Shown one piece after another: positions 63,580-64,000 of a stretch of DNA of 64,000 bases. The first letter of the stretch is position 1. Each line of letters opens with the position of its first letter. The notes under the pieces were generated by a model. That model was not told where the DNA came from, searched no databases, and saw only the letters and a program-made list of their open reading frames with translations. Source of the stretch: an uncultured Bordetella sp. (GTDB taxonomy: Bacteria > Pseudomonadota > Gammaproteobacteria > Burkholderiales > Burkholderiaceae_A); NCBI GenBank assembly GCA_964467545.1, contig CAYXRY010000008.1:420-64419 (forward strand), in the 5' to 3' direction. Both the position numbers and the translations under genes were made by a program.

Positions 63580-64000
63580 ATGAAACTCATCGTTGGTCTG
63601 GGCAATCCAGGATCCCAGTATGCCGGCCATCGGCATAACGTGGGATTCTGGGTGGTTGATCGTCTGGCCGCCTCGGGCTGGTCACGTGAATCAAAATTCA
63701 AAGCCGAGATTGCGAAGGCCCGTCTTGCCGGCGCCGATCGGTGGTTGTTCAAGCCGCAGACGTATATGAATGCCTCGGGTGAGGCGGTGGGTCCATTTGC
63801 GCGATTTCATCGACTGCAGGCCCATGAGATCCTGGTCTTTCACGACGAACTGGATCTGCCGCCGGGTGCTGTGCGCTTAAAGCAAGGAGGCGGCCATGGC
63901 GGCCATAATGGTGTTCGGGATATCGAACTGCACCTTGGCTCGGCAGATTTCTGGCGGCTGCGCATCGGCATCGGCCATCCACGCACACTCAATCTCAATC
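63580..64000 (+). CDS. pth: Peptidyl-tRNA hydrolase (partial, runs off the window)
   Basis: Manual translation: [44 protein letters not shown]. Confidence 0.96.
   Translation, partial: MKLIVGLGNPGSQYAGHRHNVGFWVVDRLAASGWSRESKFKAEIAKARLAGADRWLFKPQTYMNASGEAVGPFARFHRLQAHEILVFHDELDLPPGAVRLKQGGGHGGHNGVRDIELHLGSADFWRLRIGIGHPRTLNLN

Overview
About 64 kb of core chromosome from a GC-rich betaproteobacterium (Burkholderiales-like gene order), very densely packed. I found no transposase, integrase, prophage gene or CRISPR array. Bases 1-10 kb hold a carboxylate uptake/catabolism cluster: tcuA (partial), a Bug receptor and an atypical SDR on the minus strand, then LysR, tctCBA, an HMG-CoA-lyase-family enzyme, a class III CoA transferase and a lipoprotein methyltransferase on the plus strand. 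The rest is housekeeping: aroG, cytochrome c5, ubiJ-like/Tim44/ubiE/DUF971, phoBR, a large FAD/Fe-S oxidoreductase, ilvA, an orphan response regulator, hemA-prfA-prmC-grxD, tRNA-Thr, sspAB, petABC, a DegS/Q protease, tatABC, his genes, murA, bolA, mla genes, kef, kdsDC-lptCAB-rpoN-hpf-ptsN-hprK-rapZ, mutY/mutM, TPR-lolB-ispE, tRNA-Gln and prs-rplY-pth. The most notable observations are: hisC sits inverted inside the his cluster with overlapping divergent -10 boxes; the hemA UAG stop is directly followed in frame by the prfA ATG; a Pho box covers the start codon of the divergent DUF971-ubiE unit; -10 boxes recur 6-9 nt before start codons (candidate leaderless mRNAs); tandem GTAA-N7-TTAC palindromes precede the orphan regulator; there is an unannotated 39-aa membrane ORF and a structured rplY leader; and the catabolic cluster has no assigned substrate. 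I did not find an unmistakably novel multi-gene system. All functional calls come from reading motifs by eye, without database searches.
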